Origin: Atractiella rhizophila
Taxonomy: Eukaryota
Length of the DNA stretch: 64,000 bases
Reading direction: 5' to 3'
Assembly (NCBI GenBank): GCA_021432655.1
Contig: MU271400.1
Span: 1-64,000, forward strand
Shown here piece after piece: positions 51,823-64,000 of this stretch (its first letter is position 1; each line of letters starts with the position of its first letter). The notes beneath the pieces were generated by a model. That model was given only the letters and a program-made list of their open reading frames with translations, searched no databases and was not told the DNA's origin. Made by a program: the position numbers and the translations under genes.

Positions 51823-53005
51823 TCATGCGTTGCTTAAGTACTCCGCAAACTTCTTGGGCTTCCATTCTGGCCAAACTTTGACAGCATTGATCCTGTCCGA
51901 AGAGTCGCCAGGTCCTAAATCGAAAGTACTCGTCCCGCAACCCTCATCAACCTAGAAAGAAAGGTTATTCCCTGAAGATGACGAATAGAGGGAAACCAAC
52001 ATAAAGGAGAAAGAAGTTGATAAATCCCGCAAGATCTTGCGTAAGGGGAAGGTCGTCCTTCGTCACATGGACGACTTCAGCATCGTATTTGTTCTTCAAC
52101 ATTTCCTGCAGCAAATCATCGGCGAAACGCCTAACGGTCGAGAGAGGGGGGAAACATACAGCAACCTCTTTGACGCTCAGACGATCTCCTTCCAACCTCC
52201 AAATAGAATTATACAGCTGCTCGTCTGGGAGGGTGGTCAACGACCAGGCGACGAAGCGACCGACGTCGACGAAGGATGTGATGCTGACGATCCTGTTCTC
52301 GTTCAAGACCCTCACTTTCTCTTTCCCGAACAGCCTGCAGAAACAGGAATAAGTATGCTTTGCCATCTCATGATTGCAATGAAGGACGGGGGTTACCAAG
52401 ACACATATTCCGCAAAAAGACCGTTGAGGTAGATGGCAGTCGGGATTCCTTGCTCTTCTGCCAGCTTGCGAATAGTGAGTTTCGCCGCAAGAGGGGAGTT
52501 TTCTGTCCATTGAATCAGATCAATGCTCCATTTCTTGACTGAGGTTGAGGACAACTTCACCTTTGGGAATAACACCAAATTCGGAGGGAACGAAAAGCTT
52601 GATTCCCACTTGCTTCACTGCTTGAACTAAAGGCTCCTGCGCCAGTAGATTCCCAGCGATGGTGCTGATTAAGACCTCAATCTCCTTGCCTCGAAGAGAA
52701 GCGGCAATAGTATCCGACGAAGTGTAGTCTACTTTAAGTCCTCAATCTCCTTGCCTCGAAGAGAAGCGGCAATAGTATCCGACGAAGTGTAGTCTACTTT
52801 AAGTACTGTGATATTTGGATGAGAAGGAATGTCAGGTTTGTCCTGGCGACTAAGGATGAATATCTTTGGGACTGTAGGGAGGTCCAGAAACTGAATTGTC
52901 ATCTCAGAATCCATCGTGAACAGGAGAAGATGGGCCTACACTTTGCAAGAAAGCCTTGGAGACGGCTCCAGATATTCCAGCGATGGCGAAGGTTTTGAAA
53001 GGCAT
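51823..53005 (-). CDS. NmrA-like/isoflavone-reductase-like NAD(P)-binding protein, copy 1 (interrupted by a 65-bp duplication)
   Basis: MPFKTFAIAGISG, VDYTS, IEVLISTI, GIKLFVPSEFG, YLNGLFAEY, ITSFVDVGRFVA. Confidence 0.88.
52675..52804. repeat. Exact tandem duplication, 2 x 65 bp, frameshifting NmrA copy 1
   Basis: 52675-52739 is identical to 52740-52804. Confidence 0.95.
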
Positions 53006-54196
53006 GTTTGAGATATTTGCTTTTGGGCTTCAAGCTGAGTTTCTTTTGATGCAGCTACCTCATCCTCCCTCGTCCCCTTTTAAATTAGCTCAGATTCCGT
53101 AGATGTCGCCACGTCTCGCCCTGTTATCGTGCATTGAGGGGACGTGCAGTAATTAATGATTAGTAATCATCATCAGCAGCGGCGAGGGTGCAGCGGTCTG
53201 AAGTGGACTAGGTGAGCATGAGATTGGTGCCCTTCCTGTAGTTCTACTTGGACCTTGCGTGATCACGACACCGATCCCTGCGCCTTCACAATGCAAAATC
53301 ATTTGACATGAATGAAGTATGGGAAAGAAGAGCAGGTCGGATAGTAACCATGTAGCTTCTATAATGGGAGAACGGCAAACTTTCGGGCCTCACTGCCCGT
53401 CTCATCTCATTCGTTCGTAGCGGTTAATGAACTCGGCGCGTTCAAGCTAGTCGATGTTTGTTGGATTGGGTTTTCCAGGCCGTTCATGCCCGAAGTGACT
53501 GCTGGTTGTGACAACTTGGACAACGGTAAGCCTCCATGGCCGCACCAGGTTCTGTGCTCATTCATTTATACCACTTAATGAACTCGGCATATTCAAGCCA
53601 ATTAAGCCTTGTTCACGAAGCTGGTATTTCGTGTTCGGGCCGTTTGAACCCGAAAAGTTCAACTACCTAGATGTTGCCTTGTTAAGCAAATCTCGAAACA
53701 GTCTTTCCGCAAGTCTTCTCAGTGTTGATAACTAGCATGTCCGCATGGTCCAATTGCGGTAACACTTTTGACCAGAAGCAGAATAATTATTGTGAGCAGA
53801 AGAAAAATTATGCTGCTGCGCCACGGTTGATGACACATAGTCAGCCTAAGGTGGCTTGCGATTCCTTATTGTGCACGCGAGAAGCAAAATGCAGGCACCA
53901 CGATTCAAGCGGACTTCTGCAGGTATAAGAGAATCATAACCAGAAACCTAATAAGACGAACCAGGTCACCATAATTGCAGTTCTTCTCATTTGTCCCTTC
54001 TTTCGTAAACAACATATAACTGCGACTGAAGTAAGGTCCAATAGTTCAAAAGAAGAGATACCCATTATCAGTCCTTGTTAACAACATGCCTTCAGCTGAA
54101 ACGAAGCAACCTCTTTCGTTTCCTCTTTCTTATTTATTTCCTAACGCCTATCATTCCAGAACTTTATGGAACTATAGTGTTAGTACCAAGTCCGTT

Positions 54197-55644
54197 TCAT
54201 GCGCTGCCTAAGTACTCCGCAAATTTCTTGGGCTTCCATTCTGGCCAGACTTTGACAGCATTGATGCGCTCCGAAGAGTCACCTGGCCCTAAATCGAATG
54301 TAGTCGTCCCATAACCGTCATCGATCTGCAAAGAAATGTTATTTGAGCGAAGCTGCTGAAGAAAGAACAACAAACATGAACAAGAAGAAAGTTGACAAAG
54401 CCCGCAAGATCTTGGGTAAGCGGGAGGTCATCCCTCTTCACATGGACGATTTCACCACCATATTTGTTCTTCAGCAATTCCTGCAGTACGGACTATCGGT
54501 GAATACCTAACAGTTGAGAGAGAGGGGAAACATACGGCAACCTCTTTGATGGTCAGACGATCTCCTTCCAACCTCCAGATAGAGTTGTACAGCTGCTCTT
54601 CCGGAAGCGTGGTCAACGACCAGGCGACGAAGCGACCGACGTCGACGAATGATGTGATGCTGAGGATACTGTTCCCGTTCAAGACCTTCACTTTCTCTTT
54701 CCCGAACAGCCTGCAGAAACAAGAATAAGTCTGATTGACATCTCATGGATGCAACAGGAAGGACTGGAGTTACCAAGACACATATTCTGCAAAAAGACTG
54801 TTGAGGTAGATCGCAGTAGGTATTCCTTCCTCTTCTGCCAGCTTGCGAATTGTGAGCTTCGGTGCAAGAGGGCTGTTTTCTGTCCGTTGAACCATGTCAG
54901 TGCTCTATGTCAAATTTAAATGAGTTCGAAGTCGACCTCACCTTTGGGAATTGAACCGTATTCAGAGGGAACGAAAAGCTTGATTCCCGCTTTCTTCGCT
55001 GATAATAGGAGAACAGGCATGAAGTAAGTACGGTTGATTACACGTACCGCTTCAACACCCACCCCTTAATAACTTCACTAGTGCGTTCCCCGTTCATCTC
55101 GACGACCTTCCCCTGGTTAGACTACGAGTGGAGTAGGTCGGGCGGCACCGTGGGGAGCGGCGACGACTAACTGCTAGTGGTTAGTACTTAGTGACGTTCA
55201 ACGAAGTTACGCGCCGTTGTCACGCTCTGTACCGCTGTAGATACCTTAGACTCGCTGAAATTTTTCCCTACTCCTACTCCGTCGACGTAGTCGAACTTCG
55301 AGTGTTCGTTTTGTAGAGTCTGTACTGAAAGTTCTGGAAGCGGTAGCGACCTTAAAGACCTTGGCAGAGATTCTGAAAGGACGTTTCACATCCAAATAGA
55401 GGGAGAACAAGTTTCGCCAAGGGACTTCACCGTTAGGTCAAAGAGCTGGAGGGTGCCCAGGGCTTCTATATGTAAGAGTCAGCGGTCCTGTTTGGACTGC
55501 AAGGGAGTGTAGGTTTGCAGTAACAGGAATTTCATCTAATAAGGAGCGGTCTATAGTAACGGCGAAGATAAGTCCCGTTCCCCTAACTCCAGGACTAGTC
55601 ATGGTAACCACCCTTAGACGATCGCGTCCTTGGCAACCAATTTC
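54197..55644 (-). CDS. NmrA-like protein, copy 2; 3' part normal (54197-55001), 5' part present only as reversed sequence (55002-55644)
   Basis: 3' exons are highly similar to copy 1. The complement of 55323 onward reads ATG ACT TTC AAG ACC TTC GCC ATC GCT GGA ATT TCT GGA (MTFKTFAIAGISG). Confidence 0.85.
55002..55644. other. Segment reversed without complementation (mirror orientation)
   Basis: Read backwards from 55644 it continues 55001 in frame (LLAQEPLVKAAKKAGI) and matches the 5' end and promoter of NmrA copy 1. Confidence 0.95.
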
Positions 55645-56198
55645 NNNNNNNNNNNNNNNNNNNNNNNNNNNNNNNNNNNNNNNNNNNNNNNNNNNNNNNN
55701 NNNNNNNNNNNNNNNNNNNNNNNNNNNNNNNNNNNNNNNNNNNNNNNNNNNNNNNNNNNNNNNNNNNNNNNNNNNNNNNNNNNNNNNNNNNNNNNNNNNN
55801 NNNNNNNNNNNNNNNNNNNNNNNNNNNNNNNNNNNNNNNNNNNNNNNNNNNNNNNNNNNNNNNNNNNNNNNNNNNNNNNNNNNNNNNNNNNNNNNNNNNN
55901 NNNNNNNNNNNNNNNNNNNNNNNNNNNNNNNNNNNNNNNNNNNNNNNNNNNNNNNNNNNNNNNNNNNNNNNNNNNNNNNNNNNNNNNNNNNNNNNNNNNN
56001 NNNNNNNNNNNNNNNNNNNNNNNNNNNNNNNNNNNNNNNNNNNNNNNNNNNNNNNNNNNNNNNNNNNNNNNNNNNNNNNNNNNNNNNNNNNNNNNNNNNN
56101 NNNNNNNNNNNNNNNNNNNNNNNNNNNNNNNNNNNNNNNNNNNNNNNNNNNNNNNNNNNNNNNNNNNNNNNNNNNNNNNNNNNNNNNNNNNNNNNNNN
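55645..56198. other. Assembly gap (554 N)
   Basis: Run of N. Confidence 1.
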
Positions 56199-56952
56199 GT
56201 TCTTGTAGAGATAATAGTTCCGACTACAAAGGCTGGACCTAGTTTAGCGAGTTCGCCGGTTTCTTCATCTCCGAGTCAACTTGCCGTTTCCAGAGCTATA
56301 AGACCACTTGTTCAAGCATAATGGGGAGAATTTATCATTTGTGAGTTTAAGAAAAAGTCACGACCGTAGTGACCTTGAGGAGTCCCACGTCTGCATTACT
56401 GGAAGGGGAAGTGGAGGTTGTGCCGCCTTCGGAAGTGTCTTCGCAAGTCTCAGTTGCAGCAACCCGGGTAGCTCTGATGTTTCCGAAAGGATGGCGACGA
56501 ATCCTTCCCTCATCTGTTCTTTTAGCAGAAGTAGAGGAGGTTGGAGCCTGAGGTCATGTTCCAACCGTGTAGCGAGCTAAAACTACGCTTGTTTCAACCT
56601 TACAGACCTGGCATGAGACAAAGCTTCTGCCGCGAGTTATACCGTTCAGTATTCGAACGTCAGCTCGAGCCTTTTCTTCCTAAATAACAGAAGGAGGAAG
56701 TAGGACCGACCCATTCGAAGCAAGAAAGGGAGGTAAAGGTGGACTGAGTTTCTAGTAATGTCCAATTCTGACTATACCCATAGAGAAGAAAGAAAACTTA
56801 ATAGCCTCCGAGATTGATACAGTTGTCCTTGCCTAATACGGGGATACTGGGGTCTTCTCTCGTAGTTCGAAGTCAACCTGTTCAATGTGAGCAACTGTCT
56901 CTTTCTTTCAAGCCAGAAGACCCGGCGACTACCCGAGGGACAACCTAAAATT
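56199..56952. CDS. Hidden short-chain dehydrogenase (C-factor/sniffer-like SDR), 5'-truncated, readable only as the complement (not reverse complement) of the given strand
   Basis: Complement translates to KNISIIKADVSDLDQIAQAAKEVEAQLNGKGLDILVN/NAGI...FRVNVVGPIETTKAFLPLLRKGVDKKIVFISS...PYSVSKTALNM...ELGKEGFIVFLLHPGW/VKTDMG/TDYAPMTPEESI...DGLPVGF*, with three GT-AG introns. Confidence 0.92.
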
Positions 56953-58889
56953 CCATCATTTAACTTGGTAGGGACTGGTTAACAGAACTACGGTCAAAGT
57001 TTGTACTAACCCTTCAGCGGTAAAGGTTAAGCCGCGCTGAGAATGTTATCTCTTTGCGTGACAAACAGGGCAAACGCCAAGAAGAAGACGGTAAACTTAC
57101 AAGGGGAGAACCGAAGTGGTGCCGGATACTATAGTCTCGAGACCTCCACTGCTGTCTCGCCACTCTTTTTTGTCTTGGAAGATGTTAAGACATATTTCCC
57201 TTCAGATTCAACTGGCGGCAGCTTTAAGACAGATTCTCGTCTAAAACCTCAATTGAGCACAACCCGTCCGTTTAGCATGCGAGTTAAGCAATTGCTTATT
57301 CGACTCGAAGCCTATAAAAAACGGAGACTGAGTAGTAAGTTGTTAACCGATCTACAAGACGTTAGTTCAAATTCCCTATGATGTGATCGATACACAGTCC
57401 AACACTTCCTTCCTGTTTATCTATTACCACTCGGATGACCAATACCAAGAGAGTATGCACGGTTCAGGCAAACTTAACATTGCAGACGTAAAATAAAGTG
57501 CGGACGTGCTATGTCTAAAACACAATGTTGAATAGGAACGTACGCTCCTTAGCTAGCGCTGCGAGATTTGATGCAGATGAAGGATCCCGAGCTAGCGCAA
57601 AGACGGTGTTGTTGGAATCTGAGGACAGTTGCCTAACATACTCGAGACCTATACACCTTCAATGAGCTCGGTTTGCATGAAAATAACACTGTACCCAATC
57701 CTCGAGACGATCCGGTAATAGCGTAAGACTTTCCAGCCATATTTGTTGTTGGTTTCAGAGATGATCAAGGAGATTAAGAGGTTTTGTGGAGCTGTGGGAT
57801 TCCCTGTTGGTCCTGGAGCCCTTTTAAAGCATTTATAAAGCCCGACGATGAAGGCTGATTATTAGGCAACTCCGAAGAGTTCCAGTAAGATTCTTTCATT
57901 TCATCGCACTTTCTCTTCACTCCTGTAGGACTCTACGGCTCAAAGAGTGTGCAGTCGTTGATAACCGCGGGTCGGCGTTAAGGCCGCCTTCTCATCCAGG
58001 AATAGACAGAAAAGTACTGTACATATCTTACACCGTGCGCAATGTTTTATCTCAAACGCTGACGACATGAAGCAGCGGTTGGCCTGGGAAACAGTGAAGC
58101 ACTGTACATATGCTTCGGTGACGGGTTGCGCCCGTTACTTGACTTTGGTTTCCTGAACGAGGAACAACTGATGGATTGGACGACGTGCCCATCTGGTCTA
58201 CATGAATCGGAAGCCGACCCGTCAACGTACTGGTGAAGTAAGCCAGCGGGCACCATGAAAAGAACACACCACAGATCATAATGGAGTAACTCTTTTGAAA
58301 CAGCGCGACCGGGCATTTGCGTTCTCTATGACCCTGGAATGCTGGAGCAATGGAGCAGCCACGTTTGAGGCCACGACGATGTGTTACTTTGAAGCTATGG
58401 CCTTCATTCTGGCTCCTACTCTTTTATTCGCACAATAATAGCCAAAACGACAAGGCGCAGCGAAAAATTAGAGTCTTAAGAAGAGAAACAGAGATCTGCT
58501 TGAGGCAGCATGAAGTTAGCATGGGAAATCCTAGAGTGCATGGCAACTTGTAGTTCCTGCCTCCGTGGAATCTACTTGCACAAATCTGCATACTATGAGA
58601 CAGTAACAGATGGCTTTCCTAAGGTTAGAGCGAGGAAAACATCAGGCGTTCAGACAGCGCGGATGACAATACCTGTCAATTACCGTTCTCGATTCGACTC
58701 CGGCCTGCTTCTTCATCTCATATGTTTTGGAATAATGCAGCTTTCATGCTGATCATTATTCGAGAGTAGGCGGAGAAATCATAACTTGAAGTGAATGAGA
58801 CAGGCAGGACCAAGGTTCGGACAGTTTGAGAGTCGGCATTTTATGAGCGCAACGTTCAAGACGCGTTCGTTGTTCAGAATCGGTACAAC

Positions 58890-61800
58890 ATGCCCTTCGT
58901 ATACCATCCTACGCCTTCCCCTGGCCTTTCCTACTTCTCTGCTCTGCCTCCCCCGTCACCACCCGTTCTTCCCCACGTAATCTCGAACTTGCGCATCCCA
59001 AAAGCGACACAGGCACTTCTGCCAACCCCATCCACTTCGAGCTCCTCGACCCATCCAACACGAGTTTATTACCATGAGAGTGACGAGGAACTTGTATGGC
59101 ATCGTTCTACGGTTGTGCATTCGAGAAAGTCAACCATTTACAGGATCTATGATCTTGCCAGTTACAAGGAGAAGGTCTCTTGTGCGACTTTTGGGATGTT
59201 CGAAATCTCATCAAGCAAAACCTTCTTGTACGAGACATCCACGACATTTCTCGGTTCGAGGTTCACGCTCGAGACCGCCTTGAATGCTCACTCGAAAGAA
59301 GAAGAGGAGAACCCAATTTTCGGACCCTGGCTTTCTCCTCCAGAACCAAAACCATCTTTTGAACCTGTACCGCAACGAGGTCTTCTGATAATCTTGGAGC
59401 GTCTAATGCTCGTCTACTTCCCCGATGGACGAGACTTCCTTCTCCGCGTACCATTCCCCGTTGCAGCAGTTGCGACTCTGCGAGTCGGGGTTCTCCTTGA
59501 AGCCGCGACGACGAAGCGGAGCACCTCAATATTTGAGCAGGACGAAGAGGAAGCGGGAGATGTTCCACGCTTATACTCTACCACCACTCCCTTACAGGAA
59601 CTTCGGCCGGTCGGAGGTATTGAGGTAGATGATCGGCTAGTCTGGGCAGAAGACAGTTGGTTGGTTTCGACGAAAGAGAGGGAGGGAAAGATTACAATCT
59701 GGGAAGTGAGAGAGGCGGAGGTGGTGGAAGATGACGATGAGGGAGATGGGAAGGAGAATGAAATGATTCTCGAGGAGTTAGACAATCCCCAAAGCAAGAT
59801 GCTAGATATCGAGCAACATTTCCTTTCGAGTCGACAGCATGGAAGGTATCAATTCCTTCTCAGTCCTATGTTCAACATCGCCACAGATATACCATATACG
59901 TTCGTATTATTTTCATGACTAAGAGGTAACAGTTGACTAAATCTGATCATCATAGTGCAAAAGAAATAAAAGTGACTCGCGGCAACGACGTCCTCATCAT
60001 CACAACCCCGCGCTCAACACACTCACTCACTTTCGCTCCTTCCACCTCTCCTTCGTCAAACGAAATCTCCATCACTGAGTCTACAACCTTTGGAGAACCG
60101 TCCGTCCATACAACTGTGCGAACGCCGTACGGATCATCCGTTCTTCGATCCAACCCAGACAGGGGAACGGTCACCGTACTGGACCAAGGAGTGGAGGTCA
60201 GAGGTTCGATAGAAGGCGTACGATTCGTGGATAATCTAGCGCGCGACGGCTGGAAGGGTCTGAGACGGGTATTGGAGAGCGTGAAGGACTTATTTGGGGT
60301 AGAGAGGTGGAGTAAAGTCGAGGAAGGAGGATGGGATGCACTACACGATGTCTTAATTGGTCCGTCTGGCCCAGGAAATTCGAAGAAAGGAGCTGCGGAG
60401 GTGTGGGAGCGCTTCTTGGCCATGGAACGAGGAGAGGTGTTGGAGGAGGAAGAAGATGAGGAAATGATGCGCTTTAGAGGGGGAGAGAAAGAATGGCTGG
60501 AAGCGCTGATGATGCCTCTTCACGTGGTCTTTCAGGAGTTCCTTCTCTTTGAGAGTCAGCACGCAGATGCCCGGAGGCTGGGCAATGTGATGGTGGACTT
60601 AAGTAGGAAGGTAGGATGGGTAGATTGGTGGGATTATTACATTCGGTTCGGTGGGAAGGAAAGCTACACGGGTACCTGGGGAGGTATGTTGTTCATCTTT
60701 ACATCCTTCCTTTGTTGAAACATCTCTGTTTGAGCATAGAGTCTATCACCCATCCACCGCCGCCAGACTTCCTCGACTCCTTCCGCGTTGGTCTTCGCAA
60801 TCCATCAGATATCTCTCCAGAGTTGTTCTCATGGGTTCCTCGCCCGTCACGATTATACGATATCGCGAGCGTTGCTCTGGCTTCCCGAGACGGATTGCAA
60901 GACGTAGACAAATACGCACGAATTTCAGCCCTACTGTTGGACGCCAATTTTTGGACTGCAGAAATGGTCGATGATCTCTCTTTAGGCTTCAGGGCCGTGG
61001 TTTCTGAAGTCATCGCCGTCATAAGACGATTCCCAATCCCAAATTTGGACAAGTCTCTTTCTGAATTGATCGGCAGAGAGGATATGAGGATGATGGCTCC
61101 GGATACGAATAAGAGGTTGGATTATAAGGACATGTGTGAGTGGAAGAAGTGGAGTCCTTGGAGGAATCTAGAGAAACCTATAACGTTCCCGACAATAAAT
61201 CCTGTCCCTCACTTTTGGAAGAAGCCGTCCTCTCCACCATCTCAACCGGTCCATACCCAAAACATCAGATTCTCGAAAGATCGTCGACTCGAAGATGTCG
61301 CAAGGATCTTGCAGTACATTGAGCCTGTCACTCTTTCGGTTCCATCTTTACAACAAGATCACAATATCCCCAGCCGAACAAACACGTACATGGGACATTT
61401 GGCACTCAGGACTCTCTCTCTCCAGCTCGGTTTTGCCATGTATACTTTCCGGTCGCGGATGGCTCCGGAGGAAGGGATGGTGGATAAATTCGCCTTGAAG
61501 ACTCCTATCTGTCTTTTTGCCAGGTTGTTACCGGGAAAGAGTTTGACCAAGTACGAAGACCCGAGTTTGAAGAAAGAATGGCCCACATTTCATCACGGTG
61601 TCGCCAGCGCGCTCATGTCGATTTATCCATCCGATCTCTCCGATATACCAGTCACTTCTCTGCATGCTACAGGGGACCGTGATCCCGCTCACGGAGGTGC
61701 CTTGTTGGGAATGGGATTAGCTGGTCTTATGAGGAGGATGACTAAGTTTCAGGCATTTCGACACCTCACTGAGAAAGAGAACTTTACGACAATCGGTATT

Positions 61801-64000
61801 CTGCTGGGTCTCTCAGCTTCACATATCGGAACAGAATCTCCAGACGTCCTCTCGGTCCTCCTGCCCTTCATGCCAGCTTTCCATCCACCGGACTCCATTG
61901 CGTCTGCTCTTTCGCCCATCGTCCAATCTTCGGCCTTATTGGGTTTGGGATTACTGAATTTGGGTAGCGGGAAGAAGAGGCTGGCCGACACGATGCTACG
62001 AATTTTAAGTGGAATAACACTTTCCACTACATACAACGCGGATGCTTGTACAGAGGCTTATGCTCTTTCCGCAGGTCTCGCGTTTGGCATGATTATGATA
62101 GCCAAAGGAGCAAAGACGGAGCAGCCTGGTGACGTGGGAACGCTCAAGACCTTTCGAAAACTCATAGGAGACTTTGAATATTCTCCCATCCTCGACAGGA
62201 AGAAGAAACCAGAGACGGTTATCGACGTCAATATAACTTCTCCTGCGGCTACCATCGCTCTTGGATTAATGTATTTTAACACTGGGAGGAAAGACATCAT
62301 CAACATACTCGAGATTCCAGATTCCAAGGTACGGTTGGATTACGTTCGATCCGACCTTGTTCTCCTTCGAACTTTAGCGAGACATTTAGTGATGTGGGAA
62401 GACATCTCCCCTAGTATAGAGTGGATCAACAAATCGTTACCTCCGCTGTTAGCCCCGCGACAAGACGGGATGATTTGGCGAGACACAGAGCTCCTGCTAG
62501 CAAACTGGTGTATTAGAGCTGGAAGTGCTTTTGCCATGGGTTTGAAGTTTGCAGGAACTGGGAGTCATCTCGCTTTCACTGCCTTGAAGGGGATGTGCGC
62601 GCATTTTAGAGCTATGATGCCTCAAATCCGAGGTCAGTTTCTTCTGGTCATCTGTTTAGGACATTTAACCAACTTTTGAGTCCCACCTTGAACAGGGAGA
62701 AGTCTCGATGCCACAACTCGCCGTCATGCTCTTCGCACCTGTTCCAACATCGCTTACATCTCACTCTGTCTCGTGATGGCAGGTACTGGTAATGTAGAGG
62801 TTCACAAAAAGCTGCGAGAGCTGCATGGCATTGTGGGAGAGTTGATAACCTATGGACAACATGTAGCACATCACCTCGCATTAGGTCTGCTCTATCTCGG
62901 TGGCGGCCGTTATACTGTTGGGACGAGTCCAGCAAGCATCGCTGTCCTCATCGCCGCCTTCTTCCCCATCTTCCCAAAGGATCCGTCAGACAACAGAGCT
63001 TACATCCAAGCCTATCGCCATCTCTGGGTACTCGCAGCAGAACCTCGTTTCGTATCTACCCGTTCCACAGATGGAAGCAGCGTTGGTGCCCCAATACCTA
63101 TAAGGGTGTGGACAAAAGACGCTCCACCTCCCCGACAAAACTGGAGCGCCTTCAACCCCATCCCTGAGCTCAGGCACATCAAGTCTATTTCGATCAACGG
63201 GTCACTCCACTTCCCTAATTCGTTTCAACCCGATCCGACGAAAACGAACGGATACGTCTATCGATCTTTCCTCAGGAATCGAACAGTATACGCTACACCG
63301 AAAAGGAATCCCGAAGCTATGTGGTTACCAGAACTGGACAACTTCCCTTTCTTTGTTGATGAAAGCCTTCTTGTGGAAGCTGCAAAAGAGGCAACGGTAC
63401 AGGCAGTCGAAGAGAAGCAAATAAATGACCATGACTCCCTTTTACCAGCAAATGTCGTCGCATATTCACTCTGGAACAAGTTCAGGAGACACGATTTCAC
63501 TTCAACTCTCTTGCGATCGTTGATACAGTCCCTCGCGACAGATGATTCCCTTTCTCTCATTTCGCCTTTCCACTCCCTTTTTGACCATGCGTACGATCTC
63601 TCTCCCACGTTATCAAACTCTACGACAATGGAAAAAATTATTCAGGCGCGTCACAGTGGGTTCCTGATGGAGTTTTACGTCTCCTCTGGAGGTGAGGGTG
63701 GAGGAGAGCTTAAGACTAGTCTATTCGACAGATACATCAGGTTTCCAGAGATCGACGATACATGGGGTCGAGATAAGCGTCACGATAAAATGGCCTCCCT
63801 CTCCCTCTTCATCGAACGTGAACTGGAAAACATTCTCGTTTCCTCTACCTCCTCCCGTTTAACTCGAGATTTCATCACGTTCCTCACATCCAAACAATCT
63901 CACCGATATCCTGCGGATGAGCGACGGAGAGCCGATTTGTTGACGTTGTTGTGGAAGTTGAATGTGCCCACGTCGTTTGAGCAACTAGAAGGCATGAGAA
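58890..64000 (+). CDS. APC1: Anaphase-promoting complex subunit 1; runs off the right edge of the window
   Basis: RFSKDRRLEDVARIL, WPTFHHGVASAL, PC repeats HGGALLGMGL / TTIGILLGLSAS / SAGLAFGMI / INITSPAATIALGLMY, GLKFAGTG, YIQAYRHLWVLAAEPR. Confidence 0.95.

Noticed and set aside
55601..56242. ORFs spanning the N run
   Set aside because: Artefacts of translating the gap.
56308..57381. Short ORFs in the six-frame track right of the gap
   Set aside because: They are read from mis-oriented sequence; the real gene is in the complement.
1..64000. CRISPR arrays, tRNA/rRNA genes, autonomous mobile elements
   Set aside because: None recognised by eye; the sequence is eukaryotic. tRNAscan or Rfam would be needed to exclude small RNAs.

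Overview
Intron-rich eukaryotic (fungal, most likely basidiomycete) genomic DNA with short introns of about 45-70 nt and about 25 protein-coding genes. In order: pirin (partial), a GRE2-like NAD(P)-dependent reductase, three adjacent alpha/beta-hydrolases that all end in PTS1-like tripeptides, an MFS transporter, a PEBP protein, an EH-domain (Irs4/Tax4-like) protein, CDC37, a tandem trio of uncharacterised multi-pass membrane proteins, EBP2, an SMP/C2 (Mug190-like) protein, an A1 aspartic protease, an Ayr1-like SDR, a secreted GH-superfamily protein, a copper-fist transcription factor, a cutinase, a GT31 glycosyltransferase, an EXD1-like 3'-5' exonuclease, two tandem NmrA-like genes and APC1 (partial). 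The most striking observation is that the DNA on both sides of the 554-N gap makes sense only when read as complement-without-reversal. 55002-55644 is the reversed 5' half and promoter of the second NmrA gene. 56199-56952 hides an intron-containing SDR gene that six-frame translation cannot show. This is almost certainly a gap-filling or orientation artefact. Several tandem duplications and one low-quality patch also point to assembly problems or divergent haplotypes. Biological leads are the putative peroxisomal hydrolase trio, the GPCR-like membrane family with a conserved C-terminal motif, and the very long introns in CDC37 and EBP2. Family assignments come from motif recognition only, and exon boundaries are approximate.
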